DNA of 64,000 nucleotides, taken from contig JBALDB010000011.1 in NCBI GenBank assembly GCA_036918135.1, positions 192,001 to 256,000 on the forward strand. Reading direction: 5' to 3'. The position numbers were made by a program, and so were the translations under genes. Below are positions 39,053 through 49,369 of the stretch, piece after piece (the first letter of the stretch is position 1; every line of letters starts with the position of its first letter). Source of the DNA: Nostoc sp. (GTDB lineage: Bacteria; Cyanobacteriota; Cyanobacteriia; Cyanobacteriales; Nostocaceae). A model generated the notes under the pieces. It did no database searches, had not been told where the DNA came from, and worked only from the letters and a program-made list of their open reading frames with translations.

Positions 39053-39811
39053 TTACTCACCTATTTTTGAGTCAAGTACTTCATCAATAAACTGTTGCAA
39101 TCGTTCATAATGCGAACCTTTCCAATAAATGCGATCGCAATTTTGGCAGCGCTGGAATTCATCAATCTGCGAGCGCACATTTTCTGGTATTTCTTCAAGA
39201 ATGGATTGTTTATCTACAGGTTCTAATAATCCATTGCAACGCAAACACCTTTGAAATGGCGAAACTAATTTAAATAAGTCGAAGCGTTGCAATACTTCCA
39301 GGATTTGTTTTTCAGGGTTAGTATTTCTCACATAATACCCATGCGTTACCAAACTACGCATTAATAAACCCTTATCACGAGTTAAAAGAATCCGTGCTTG
39401 GTTATCAGATATTTTTGCTAATTCCTCATCCTCGTAGTCATTGCGGTATAAAGTATCAAAGCCTAAAAGTCGTAGAGATGTTGCTAGTTTGCCTAAATGA
39501 ATGTCTAAAACAAAATGAATAATACTCAGGGGTTTCGGTGATACAGAAACACTTGGTGTTATATCACTCCTACTAGAAATTGGATAAACATTAATAATAT
39601 CTCCGTCTGCAACAATGTAAGAAAAATCTACATATTCATCATTAACTTTTATAAAATCAATTTCTGGATGAGGAACGCCTAATGACTCGATCGTATCCTT
39701 AATTGAGGCTCTCTCCTCAAAATAATCAGAAATTCTCACTTCCTTTTGATGCCGTGGTAAAAAATGATTCAATTCTGCATGAAAGTAGAAGTATGCGATC
39801 GCCATAGTCAT
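39053..39811 (-). CDS. Mut7-C ubiquitin-like plus RNase (PIN-like) domain protein
   Basis: IESLGVPHPE, DIHLGKLATSLRLLGFD, LLTRD, RCLRCNG, CQNCDRIYWKGSH. Confidence 0.9.
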   Translation of the reverse strand: MTMAIAYFYFHAELNHFLPRHQKEVRISDYFEERASIKDTIESLGVPHPEIDFIKVNDEYVDFSYIVADGDIINVYPISSRSDITPSVSVSPKPLSIIHFVLDIHLGKLATSLRLLGFDTLYRNDYEDEELAKISDNQARILLTRDKGLLMRSLVTHGYYVRNTNPEKQILEVLQRFDLFKLVSPFQRCLRCNGLLEPVDKQSILEEIPENVRSQIDEFQRCQNCDRIYWKGSHYERLQQFIDEVLDSKIGE

Positions 39812-39873
39812 AAATCTTTGGATTAGTCATTAGTTACAGTTGGTAGGTATGCAGGCTGAGCGCAGTTGATACA

Positions 39874-39892
39874 ATTGCAAACAATTCTCTAT
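39874..39892. promoter_or_regulatory. Putative Fur box
   Basis: ATTGCAAACAATTCTCTAT; its reverse complement nearly matches the 40660 box. Confidence 0.45.
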
Positions 39893-40090
39893 TATTTTAA
39901 AAGGATCTATTCTTGCTCTAGTAAAACCTATTTACCATGAATTGCCGATTTACCTTAATTTAACGAACCTCTTGGAGATGAAAAATTGTAAATAAAATAT
40001 AAAAATTATCAAATACTTGCATTTCTTATTGACTTCAGTTACAGTCAAAGCAGCTATCTAAAATCAAACCCTGATGTGATTTTCAGAAAG

Positions 40091-40342
40091 CTAGTACTGT
40101 TGCCTTAGAAGTCACCCATTCAAAAGTCAACGGTTAGACTTCTCTACGAGAGGCTACGCGTAGCTTGCTTCCCCATAGGGGTACGCTCACCGTTGACCCT
40201 GAGCGGACTTGTACTGAGCGCAGCCGAAGCAGTCGAAAGTTCAAAAGTTTACAATTGTATTTTCGGCTTTCGGGCTATTTTGTAGACACGAAGTGGCTGA
40301 CTGTAAGGTATGGTCTGTTTATTTCCACGCCCGCTGTACTAG
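40091..40342. mobile_element. MITE-like element with CTAGTAC/GTACTAG ends carrying nested small repeats
   Basis: Terminal inverted CTAGTAC...GTACTAG; internal CTTCTCTACGAGAGGCTACGC, GTAGCTTGCTTCCCCATAGGGGTA and CTTGTACTGAGCGCAGCCGAAG units. Confidence 0.65.
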
Positions 40343-40659
40343 ATTAGGTAACAGAGTAAATACTAGGTTTGTTAATGCTGAAATTAGTGATGCTGCTAAA
40401 TAATCAATCATTAATCTCAATTGTTAACATATAGCTCATCGAATACAGCGTACTAAAGCATTTACCGCTAAATCTAGGGATGATTCTTGTAGGGTAGGCA
40501 TTTCGCCCGCTTTGAAATACAACAGACGAGCAAGACGCAGCATCCTCAGAAAGATGCTGCGAGCGTCGTCAATCAGCTTGCTTGCTATTAACTTCTGTTC
40601 ATCCCACAAAACCAACAAAATCATTCGTCAAACCCAGCTATTTTTATTTTTTTCAAACA

Positions 40660-40678
40660 ATTGAGAATTATTTGCAAT
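40660..40678. promoter_or_regulatory. Putative Fur box upstream of the sucrase/ferredoxin gene
   Basis: ATTGAGAATTATTTGCAAT is a 19-bp imperfect palindrome of the cyanobacterial Fur type. Confidence 0.55.
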
Positions 40679-40993
40679 ATATGTATGGAAAGATAGATTA
40701 AAATGTATCAGTAAGGGAAAATTTATGAAATACCAAATAATAATAAAACTAGATACAAAATTAATATCGCTGTTACAGAAAAATATTTTTTGACAGTATT
40801 TATCTTTCTTATGGAGAATTGACTAACTGGCAAGACATTAATCAATAATAATGTTAGAAAGTAGCTACCTATTTTTAAATGTTATATACATATTGTTCTT
40901 TTTAATTCTTGTAATCAAGGACATTTTATTAAAGAACAAAAATGTAGTTTTTCGTAGCTTTTGTCCAAAAAATGCAGTAATGAGTATAGTTAG

Positions 40994-41971
40994 ATGAACA
41001 CCTTTTTTTGTTCTGATTCTTCACGGCAAGCAGGAGAAGATATTATTGGTAGTGCCACCAATTATCAAACTTATATTTTAATTGAATGTCCGCCGCCTTG
41101 GACATCAGAAGCGTTTAATTCTAAATGGGTGCCCAATAATTTGAGGATTTTAGTTGAGGGAGTGAAGCGTGCTAAACTACCGATTAGATTCCTCTTAATT
41201 GCTAATGATTTTTCTCACAAAGTCAACCAAACTACGCTTTTAATTTATCAAAGAAAAGAGGGGCTAAGTAATGGATACCAAAAGCAAGAGTTTATACTAG
41301 CAAATATTGAGCAGGTAGCAGCAGTTGTACAAAAATGGTTATGGGGTATTGGTTCTAATTCTGAGGTTGAAACTACTGCAACTAGAGATATTTTAGTTTG
41401 TACCCACGGGAGCCACGATAAGTGCTGTGCCAGATACGGAAATCCCTTTTATTTTCATGCTACAGCGACTATTTCTGATTTGAACTTAGACAATGTACGG
41501 ATTTGGAAATCATCACATTTTGGTGGACATCGCTTTGCGCCAACAATTATAGACTTGCCAGAAGGAAGATACTACGGTGTTCTGGAGCAAGATTCATTCA
41601 GATCAATTTTGACTCGTAGCGGCGAAATTCAATGCTTGCATACAGTGTATCGAGGTTGGGGAATTTTGCCAGCTGCACTTCAAATATTGGAGAGAGAATT
41701 AATTTTCACTGAAGGATGGGATTGGTTTAACTACAAAGTTGCAGGCAAAATCTTAGAACAAAGTTTAGACAATAGTACGATTTTAGCTGAGCTAGGTTTT
41801 GAAAAAACTTCTGGTTCTCTCTACACTTACCAGGCTAAACTTGTGAAAGATGCAACCAAGATTCAAAAACTTAAGAGTTCATGCAATGCTGTACAAGAGT
41901 CAGTGATTACTAAATATGCTGTAACTAGTGTTTGGCTTACTTGTAGTAAGGTAATGACTTATAGTGCATAA
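40994..41971 (+). CDS. Sucrase/ferredoxin-like (thioredoxin-fold 2Fe-2S) protein
   Basis: LVCTHGSHDKCCARYG and SSHFGGHRFAPT. Confidence 0.9.
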   Translation: MNTFFCSDSSRQAGEDIIGSATNYQTYILIECPPPWTSEAFNSKWVPNNLRILVEGVKRAKLPIRFLLIANDFSHKVNQTTLLIYQRKEGLSNGYQKQEFILANIEQVAAVVQKWLWGIGSNSEVETTATRDILVCTHGSHDKCCARYGNPFYFHATATISDLNLDNVRIWKSSHFGGHRFAPTIIDLPEGRYYGVLEQDSFRSILTRSGEIQCLHTVYRGWGILPAALQILERELIFTEGWDWFNYKVAGKILEQSLDNSTILAELGFEKTSGSLYTYQAKLVKDATKIQKLKSSCNAVQESVITKYAVTSVWLTCSKVMTYSA

Positions 41972-41981
41972 ATAGGAGTCA

Positions 41982-42028
41982 GAATAATTATTAATTCGTA
42001 ATTTGTAATTACGAATTAATAATTATTC
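41982..42028. terminator. Perfect 22-bp inverted repeat between convergent genes (likely bidirectional terminator)
   Basis: GAATAATTATTAATTCGTAATT-tgt-AATTACGAATTAATAATTATTC. Confidence 0.65.
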
Positions 42029-42057
42029 GTTCATACACGATTCATTCTGAATTATTG

Positions 42058-43647
42058 CTAAGTCATATTTAAGACTTTTCGTAACAGTACTTGGTCTTCT
42101 AATTTGGCTTTTAAACGACCATTTTCGATATCTCGAATCCAGCTTTGGCTTTTACCTGCAAGCTTTGCTAATTCTCTTTGAGAGAGATTCAAATTTTTTC
42201 GCGCTTCCAAAACCTCTTCGCCTAGTAAATCACCTGTGGTGGCGGACTTTCTTTTACTCTTAACACCTCGCCGCTGCTTTTTCTGTGATTGTGAGATTTG
42301 TTGTTCCCATTCTGCTGGTAGTTCAAAAGCCAAAATCCGCGCATTCATTAACAGATTCCACTTACCACGAGGGCCTGTATCTGTTAGGCGAGTTTCAGCC
42401 CCGCCGTCATTAGTCCAAAATTCCAATGCTTCATCTGGATCTTCGGGAATATCCATTAACTTTGCCCACAAAGGTTGAATTTCTGGTGGGTAGGTAACTG
42501 GGTCAAAAATTGGTTTCATTCCATAATGATTGAGAACTTCCAAATCGTTTTCAAAAGTTCGTAGCAGGCGTTTACGTTCTTCGCGTTGTCTGGATGCAAG
42601 GGTAACTTTTTCTTCACCGTAAGCAACACGCAGCAAGGTAGGAACAGTAATGCGTTGTTCTTTACCCATTTTGGTTTTAAACAACAACCACAACATCAGT
42701 CGGACTGCTCCTTCATGTTGTTGCCAAATGCTCATGACTGTGGTTAGCAGTGTTTTGGGGAGACTGCCATATTGATAGAATGCGGTTCGCTCTTTACATG
42801 CTTGTTTGTTTAAGAAATATTCTGCCCAAATACCGGCTTTGACTTTAAAAGTTAGCCCAATCAGATATTTGCAGCCGAGAGCATCTTCTTGAAAGTGGTG
42901 CTGAATGTCCACCAAGTGCCATAAACGGGTTCCTGTAACAGAGAATCCGTTGACTCGACCTTGTTGAGGCCAGTCGATGGAGATAATTAGCGAGCAGGCT
43001 TGCTGGACAAGATTTTTCATTAAAGCTAGCTTGGCAGCTTTGTTTAAATCTTTGCGTTTCTCCATCCCTAAATATTTCTCGATTTGGCGCTCATCGATCG
43101 CAAATTCCTGTTCCCAAGGTCGATCTAAAGCTGTAGCATAAGCTGCAAAAATTAGATGTATGCAAGCAGCTCTAATATCTAGCCCTTCAATTGCTGCTAA
43201 ATCTGTCGCTTTATCGCTCACCTTAAATGGATCTTGGATGTGGAAAGCGATCGCTCCTTTACCTTGGTTGACTTGTCTGCCATAACATAAGTAACCCTCT
43301 TCGTCAGTTTCCCAATGTAAGGATGTGCGTTGCGCTAGTAGATTACAAGCTTCCCAAATCGCGATCGCTGAAGCAAATGGATTATTCTTTCCGTTAGAAA
43401 ATAAATCTAAGCTGGTAGCATCTCTCGGCTCAATTTTACATCTGCCCTTTTTTACCTGCCAAGGAATGGGAGAATTAGTTGGACAAGCTATTACACATTG
43501 TGGTTCTGGATAATAACCCTCACAATTGTTACAAAGACAAGGATCGATCCAGTAATCATCGTCCTCTATTTTGATTGCACCCGTAGGACATTGGGGGCGG
43601 CAGTTGTCACATCCAACGCAACTGTTGTTAGGAATCGTATAAGGCAT
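42058..43647 (-). CDS. patB: PatB/CnfR transcriptional activator of nif genes (ferredoxin domain plus C-terminal HTH)
   Basis: 529 aa from ATG 43647: MPYTIPNNSCVGCDNCRPQCP...CNNCEG...CVIACP; XRE HTH LSQRELAKLAGKSQSWIRDIENG; divergent from fdxB-cox2. Confidence 0.93.
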   Translation of the reverse strand: MPYTIPNNSCVGCDNCRPQCPTGAIKIEDDDYWIDPCLCNNCEGYYPEPQCVIACPTNSPIPWQVKKGRCKIEPRDATSLDLFSNGKNNPFASAIAIWEACNLLAQRTSLHWETDEEGYLCYGRQVNQGKGAIAFHIQDPFKVSDKATDLAAIEGLDIRAACIHLIFAAYATALDRPWEQEFAIDERQIEKYLGMEKRKDLNKAAKLALMKNLVQQACSLIISIDWPQQGRVNGFSVTGTRLWHLVDIQHHFQEDALGCKYLIGLTFKVKAGIWAEYFLNKQACKERTAFYQYGSLPKTLLTTVMSIWQQHEGAVRLMLWLLFKTKMGKEQRITVPTLLRVAYGEEKVTLASRQREERKRLLRTFENDLEVLNHYGMKPIFDPVTYPPEIQPLWAKLMDIPEDPDEALEFWTNDGGAETRLTDTGPRGKWNLLMNARILAFELPAEWEQQISQSQKKQRRGVKSKRKSATTGDLLGEEVLEARKNLNLSQRELAKLAGKSQSWIRDIENGRLKAKLEDQVLLRKVLNMT

Positions 43648-43869
43648 ATGGCTCTGTTCCCACTCTAATCGTTGAGATGTCTGGCTCAGGTCTCCCCTGG
43701 ATGAGTCCTGTTTATTTATCACTCGCTACCACACGATCTTTCTGGTAAGAAAAATCTTTTCTCACCCTCAGCTAAAATACATATTCACTTTATTTGGTTG
43801 TCATTTGTCCTCTCTTACAAAGTTCCGATCCAAGGCTTCTTTGGATCAGACTTTGCGCTTTGTTCTTTG

Positions 43870-43990
43870 TCAGTTACTAATGACTAATGACTAATCACTG
43901 ATACTTTGGCCTCTCCTAATGGAGACACTCTTGCTAGCTTGCCTCCCCGCAGGGGTACGCTCAGTACAAGTGACCAATTACCAATGACAG
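43870..43990. repeat. STRR heptamer array (ATGACTA/ATGACCA) interrupted by nested small dispersed repeats
   Basis: TACTAATGACTAATGACTAATCACTG...GCTAGCTTGCCTCCCCGCAGGGGTACGCTCAGTACAAG...TGACCAATTACCAATGAC. Confidence 0.7.
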
Positions 43991-44510
43991 ACTTAACCAG
44001 AGAATGTACAACTTGGATGCATACTAGCTTGCTAAGTCCCCACATCCATTTGCTTGACTTTGCATCCAAATTGAAAGCTATTTAAGGCTTTCAAACCGAG
44101 CCTAGTATTACTTCTTTATTAAATATACATTTCATAAATTAAATGATTAAGTTGTTCGCAATGAGCTTAGAAAAAATTCTTAACATTTATTTAGTTATGT
44201 AGTTAATGAACATTTCATCTTTAACCAGAAAACCTTACCCAAAGTCTTTTTAGTCAACATTTAAGCCAATCACAATTCGCTGTTCGCTAATTTATTAATA
44301 ATTTTAATATTTAAAGCTTCATAATATTCTGCCATAAAGTTTACAGTTTCTTCATGATAAGCTCTATTTCATCTAATGAACCCATGAAAAACAATAATCT
44401 TTACTTTGTCAGTATTTATTTAGATATTTCCATAAAAAATAAATTTAAAATTGTTGTTTTAAAAATACATAACGCAGATATCAAAGTGTAACTAAAAAAC
44501 ATTTAGATTT

Positions 44511-44524
44511 GTATATAAAGCTAC
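44511..44524. promoter_or_regulatory. Candidate NtcA site in the patB-fdxB divergent region
   Basis: GTA-TATAAAGC-TAC (GTA-N8-TAC); AT-rich context makes a chance match possible. Confidence 0.35.
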
Positions 44525-44848
44525 TGTTTTTATCTATTTTTTTGCCTCAATATCAAAATATTTGAAAAAAAATCTCATCACTTTTTTAGAGAGATTTAGA
44601 GCTTTGAGAAACAATAGTTGTTGCTAGTAGAGGCTTGAACAAACATTTCACTATTCAAACTCATATTATAATTATTGGCAATAAGTTTCATTTATCAGAA
44701 TCAAGTGAAAAAGAATTTAGTTTTAAATTAAAAGTCATCAAAAATTAATGATGAAAAATATTATTAAATCTCGAAAATTTAAAAATTTGGATAATATAAT
44801 GATTAAAGTAGGAATAAATTGCAAGGCAAAATCGCCGAGGATTAATTC

Positions 44849-45142
44849 ATGGCACAACTAACAGGTTTAACATTTGGTGGTAAGACTTGGACACCAAAGT
44901 TTGCTCAAGAAATTGACAAAGACAAATGTATCGGCTGTGGCAGATGTATTAAAGTATGCGGATACAATGTACTAGGTTTGAAGGCACTCAATGAAGAAGG
45001 GGAATTTGTAGAAGACGAAGATGATGATGAAATTGAACGGAAAGTGATGGCAGTTAGTTATCCAGAAAACTGCATTGGTTGTGAAGCTTGTTCGCGGATT
45101 TGTCCCAAGAACTGCTACACCCATGCTGTATTAAATAATTAA
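44849..45142 (+). CDS. fdxB: Ferredoxin III, nif-specific
   Basis: [11 protein letters not shown]...[16 protein letters not shown] ribosome-binding site. Confidence 0.93.
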   Translation: MAQLTGLTFGGKTWTPKFAQEIDKDKCIGCGRCIKVCGYNVLGLKALNEEGEFVEDEDDDEIERKVMAVSYPENCIGCEACSRICPKNCYTHAVLNN

Positions 45143-45235
45143 GGTTTGTGGAGTTAGTCAATGTTGTTGTTCGTTTAAGGAGGCACTGTTTGTAAAAAGG
45201 GCAAATGCCCTAAGCAAGGTAACTAGAGGGGAATA

Positions 45236-45325
45236 CTAATGCCGCTGTGCGGAAGTCAAAAGGCTTTTATCTCATACTTCATTGCTGTTTGCAATGGTAG
45301 CTTTATTTCCGTTCTGTGGTACTCA
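45236..45325. mobile_element. Degenerate MITE-like repeat, same family as 40091-40342
   Basis: CTAATGCCGCTGTGCGGAAGTCAAAAG...TTTATTTCCGTTCTGTGGTACT. Confidence 0.45.
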
Positions 45326-45772
45326 AGATTTGGTGAAACTAGGTAAATAGTTCACAGTAGACAAATCTGTAAATCACAAAATGTTAGTTATTGACAATTT
45401 TAAACTTGCTGCTAATATAGCCTAATCAATATTAGGACTAACAGTGTCCTCTGAACAACTAGCTTTTCTGGAAGCAGGTGAGCTTCCTTTGTCATAGGAG
45501 TTGAAATATAATTGATAATTTTGTGGGGGAAAGATATGAAAAAATCTGGAAGTTTCCCCCATTTTTTATAGCTGCACGTTAGAAAGTTAATAAGTGAAAA
45601 CAAAAAACACTGCCCTGTGAAAGGGAATGGGCAATGGTGAAGTCAAAAGGTAAAAGGCAAAAGTAAAAAGAAAAGAATATGGGTAGATTTTTACTTTTTA
45701 TTTTTTACTTTTTAATACCCAATACCCAAAAAATCACACCTGAAAAGACGGTTTACAGAGCAGGTAGGATGT

Positions 45773-46750
45773 ATGCAACAAGTTCCTGTTTCACTATGGA
45801 CTCTGGTTGCTGGGATAGTAATCACAGCAATTAGCATTTCGATTGGTCAAAGCCACGCTCTACTACCAGTACAAGCATCGCAACAAGCGCCTTTGGTAGA
45901 CGGTTTTTTCAACGTTATGTTTACCATCGCCATTGCTTTGTTCTTAGTAGTAGAAGGAACAATTGTAATTTTTTTGGTTCAGTTTCGTCAGCGTCGGGGA
46001 GATGACACCGATGGCATACCAGTAGAAGGCAACTTGCCTTTAGAAGTTTTTTGGACAGCAATCCCAACACTAATTGTCCTCGGCTTGGGTATCTACAGTG
46101 TAGATGTTTTTAACCGCATGGGAGGCTTTGAACCTGGAGATCATCCTCATTTGCCGGCTCATGTTGCTCATATGCCAGGAAGTGCTATCGCAGCCACATT
46201 AAGCGACACTTCTCAGCCAACAACTGCTCCAACAATTGGGATTGGCGCGTCTCCTAAAGTTATAGGCAAACCAGCAGATTTAGTGGTTGATGTCAAGGGG
46301 ATGCAGTACGCTTGGATATTTAACTATCCTGAAAGTGGCATTACTTCTGGGGAATTGCACATTCCTGTTGGTGCTGATGTGCAACTCAACCTTTCAGCAG
46401 ATGATGTAATTCACTCATTTTGGGTGCCAAACTTCCGCCTGAAGCAAGATGCCCTTCCTGGTATCCCTACTGAACTACGATTTGTCGCCACCAAACCAGG
46501 TACATATCCAGTAGTTTGTGCTGAATTGTGTGGTGGTTACCACGGTTCAATGCGGACACAGGTATTTGTTCACACACCAGAAGAATACAAGAGCTGGTTA
46601 ACAGAAAACCAGGTTGCTCAAAAACAAAACTTGGAGCAAGTCGTTGCAGTTAATCCTGCTGAGTTATCAACATCAGAGTTTCTCGCTCCTCACATCCACG
46701 ATATGGGGATTAGTGCTGCAACTCTAGAATCAGTTGTTAAGAGTCATTAG
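45773..46750 (+). CDS. coxB2: Cytochrome c oxidase subunit II (heterocyst cox2 operon)
   Basis: DVIHSFWVP and the CuA motif CAELCGGYHGSM. Confidence 0.93.
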   Translation: MQQVPVSLWTLVAGIVITAISISIGQSHALLPVQASQQAPLVDGFFNVMFTIAIALFLVVEGTIVIFLVQFRQRRGDDTDGIPVEGNLPLEVFWTAIPTLIVLGLGIYSVDVFNRMGGFEPGDHPHLPAHVAHMPGSAIAATLSDTSQPTTAPTIGIGASPKVIGKPADLVVDVKGMQYAWIFNYPESGITSGELHIPVGADVQLNLSADDVIHSFWVPNFRLKQDALPGIPTELRFVATKPGTYPVVCAELCGGYHGSMRTQVFVHTPEEYKSWLTENQVAQKQNLEQVVAVNPAELSTSEFLAPHIHDMGISAATLESVVKSH

Positions 46751-46810
46751 TCATTAGTCATTGGTCATTAATAACTGACAAATGACAAAGGACAAACAAC
46801 AAAAGACAAA
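46743..46810. repeat. STRR heptamer arrays in inverted orientation
   Basis: (GTCATTA/G)x4 followed by TGACAAA/GGACAAA units. Confidence 0.8.
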
Positions 46811-46813
46811 AAT

Positions 46814-48502
46814 ATGACACAGGTAGAATTTCCACCCAACACTCCACCAGAACAAAAGAAACCAGAAATGGCCGTTGCCCACACGTCTCATCAAGAGCCG
46901 TGGAAATGGCAAGACTATTTCACATTTAATATTGACCACAAAGTTATTGGTATCCAATATCTAGTAACGGCGTTTGTGTTCTATCTGATCGGCGGACTGA
47001 TGGCACTCGCTATCCGTGTCGAATTAGCAACACCCGATCCAGATTGGCTAGACCCCAATCTGTATAACGCTTTCATGACCAATCACGGGACGATTATGAT
47101 CTTCCTGTGGATTGTCCCCAGCGCCATTGGGGGATTTGGTAACTTTCTGGTACCCTTAATGGTCGGTGCTAGGGATATGGCTTTCCCGAAGCTGAACGCG
47201 ATCGCCTTTTGGCTAAACCCACCAGCCGGTGCGCTGATATTAGGTAGTTTCCTTTTTGGCGGTTCGCAATCGGGTTGGACAGCTTATCCACCTTTGAGCT
47301 TGGTGACAGCACCCATCGCTCAAACCATGTGGATACTGGCGATCGTTTTGGTGGGAACTTCCTCAATTTTGGGTTCGCTAAACTTTGTAATCACAATTTT
47401 GATGATGAAGGTTCCCAGCATGAGATGGGATCAGCTACCTTTGTTTTGCTGGGCAATTTTAGCAACCTCCGTCCTAGCACTCGTCTCCACACCTGTATTA
47501 GCAGCGGGTTTAATTCTGCTATTGTTTGACCTCAACTTTGGCACCTCCTTCTTTAAACCAGATGCAGGCGGTAACGTTGTAATTTATCAACACTTGTTCT
47601 GGTTTTATTCGCACCCGGCAGTATATCTAATGATTCTGCCTATCTTCGGCATCATGTCCGAAGTGATTCCGGTTCACGCCCGCAAGCCAATCTTTGGTTA
47701 TAAAGCGATCGCTTATTCGAGTTTGGCAATCTGCGTTGTCGGTCTGTTCGTCTGGGTACACCACATGTTTACCAGCGGTACACCCGGTTGGATGCGGATG
47801 TTCTTCACCATCTCGACTCTGATAGTTGCAGTTCCCACTGGCGTTAAGATTTTCGGCTGGGTTGCTACCCTTTGGGGTGGTAAAATTCGCTTCACTAGCG
47901 CCATGCTTTTCGCCATTGGTTTGTTATCCATGTTTGTCATGGGCGGCTTAAGCGGCGTGACAATGGGAACAGCTCCATTTGATGTTCACGTCCACGACAC
48001 CTATTATGTTGTGGCACACTTCCATTACGTTCTATTTGGCGGTTCCGTGTTTGGCATTTACGCTGGCATTTATCACTGGTTCCCCAAAATGACCGGACGG
48101 ATGTTGAATGAAACCTGGGGTCGCATTCACTTTTTCCTCACCTTGATTGGCACGAATTTAACCTTCCTACCCATGCACGAATTGGGTTTGCAAGGAATGC
48201 CGCGACGAGTCGCAATGTATGACCCCCAATTTATCGACCTCAATCAAATTTGTACCTTCGGTTCATTTGTTTTGGGGATATCAGTAATTCCCTTCACAAT
48301 CAACATTATTCAAAGTTGGCTTAAAGGACGCCCAGCAGGCGATAATCCTTGGCATGGTTTGACTTTAGAATGGACAACTAGCTCACCACCTGCGATTGAA
48401 AACTGGGAAGTCTTGCCAGTTGTCACTCATGGCCCTTATGACTACGGTAATGGTCATGTTACTGAATTGCAGCCATCAACGACATCGGAAGCTAATGCTT
48501 AG
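46814..48502 (+). CDS. coxA2: Cytochrome c oxidase subunit I
   Basis: WFYSHPAVY, WVHHMF, HDTYYVVAHFHY. Confidence 0.95.
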   Translation: MTQVEFPPNTPPEQKKPEMAVAHTSHQEPWKWQDYFTFNIDHKVIGIQYLVTAFVFYLIGGLMALAIRVELATPDPDWLDPNLYNAFMTNHGTIMIFLWIVPSAIGGFGNFLVPLMVGARDMAFPKLNAIAFWLNPPAGALILGSFLFGGSQSGWTAYPPLSLVTAPIAQTMWILAIVLVGTSSILGSLNFVITILMMKVPSMRWDQLPLFCWAILATSVLALVSTPVLAAGLILLLFDLNFGTSFFKPDAGGNVVIYQHLFWFYSHPAVYLMILPIFGIMSEVIPVHARKPIFGYKAIAYSSLAICVVGLFVWVHHMFTSGTPGWMRMFFTISTLIVAVPTGVKIFGWVATLWGGKIRFTSAMLFAIGLLSMFVMGGLSGVTMGTAPFDVHVHDTYYVVAHFHYVLFGGSVFGIYAGIYHWFPKMTGRMLNETWGRIHFFLTLIGTNLTFLPMHELGLQGMPRRVAMYDPQFIDLNQICTFGSFVLGISVIPFTINIIQSWLKGRPAGDNPWHGLTLEWTTSSPPAIENWEVLPVVTHGPYDYGNGHVTELQPSTTSEANA

Positions 48503-48662
48503 TTAGTATCAGCATTGCTATCCTTGTTAATTTGATTTGAGAACTCGGAATTTCAAGCTTGGAACTCGGAATTTCAAGCTTGAAACTACGAAAGAGCTTC
48601 ACAACTCAGTCCCAATGCCCAGCCCCTCCACACACGCAGCTGTTAATCTTGTCAATAAATCT

Positions 48663-49259
48663 ATGACTATAGCGACAACCGAACATAACAGTGCAGAACA
48701 TCACGAAGAACATCCAGATTTAAGAGTTTGGGGACTGTTAACATTCCTCGTCTCTGAATCCCTGATGTTCGGCGGACTTTTTGCTACCTATTTGTTTTTC
48801 CGCAGCAGTACAGCAGTTTGGCCTCCGGAAGGAACAGAAGTAGAACTATTGTTGCCGACGATTAACACCATTATTCTAGTATCTAGCAGTTTCGTGATTC
48901 ACTTCGGTGATACGGCGATTAAAAAGAATAATGTTAAGGGAATGCAACTATGGTACACAATCACTGCCATCATGGGGGCAATTTTCTTGATTGGTCAGGC
49001 TTATGAGTACGCAACTTTAGGATATGGTCTGACTACCAATGTCTTTGCCAACTGCTTTTATTTAATGACAGGATTCCACGGTTTGCACGTTTTCGTGGGA
49101 CTGTTATTAATATTAGGTGTGTTGTGGCGATCGCGTCGTCCGGGTCAATATTCTGCAACAAATCACACCTTCATCGAAATGGCAGAAATTTACTGGCACT
49201 TCGTAGATATTATTTGGATTGTTCTTTTCAGTTTGGTGTATATTCTCACCTTGTTTTAA
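48663..49259 (+). CDS. coxC2: Cytochrome c oxidase subunit III (start uncertain; ORF open from 48537)
   Basis: FLVSESLMF, TGFHGLHV, YWHFVDIIW. Confidence 0.93.
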   Translation: MTIATTEHNSAEHHEEHPDLRVWGLLTFLVSESLMFGGLFATYLFFRSSTAVWPPEGTEVELLLPTINTIILVSSSFVIHFGDTAIKKNNVKGMQLWYTITAIMGAIFLIGQAYEYATLGYGLTTNVFANCFYLMTGFHGLHVFVGLLLILGVLWRSRRPGQYSATNHTFIEMAEIYWHFVDIIWIVLFSLVYILTLF

Positions 49260-49369
49260 AAGTGAGTGGGGAGTGTTGACTGTTAACTGTTGACTGTTGA
49301 GCCTCGCCGGAGACTCCAAAAGCTCCGGTTAGGAATTATTTTCTTTGTCCCCTCTCCCCGTTTCTTAAT

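Noticed and set aside
43648..43722. 25-codon N-terminal extension of PatB in the ORF track
   Set aside because: The ATG at 43647 gives the familiar MPYTI start and 529-aa length; the extension is likely untranslated.
48537..48662. N-terminal extension of CoxC (MRTRNFKLGTRNFKL...)
   Set aside because: The first part is just translation of a 21-bp tandem repeat, from a TTG start.
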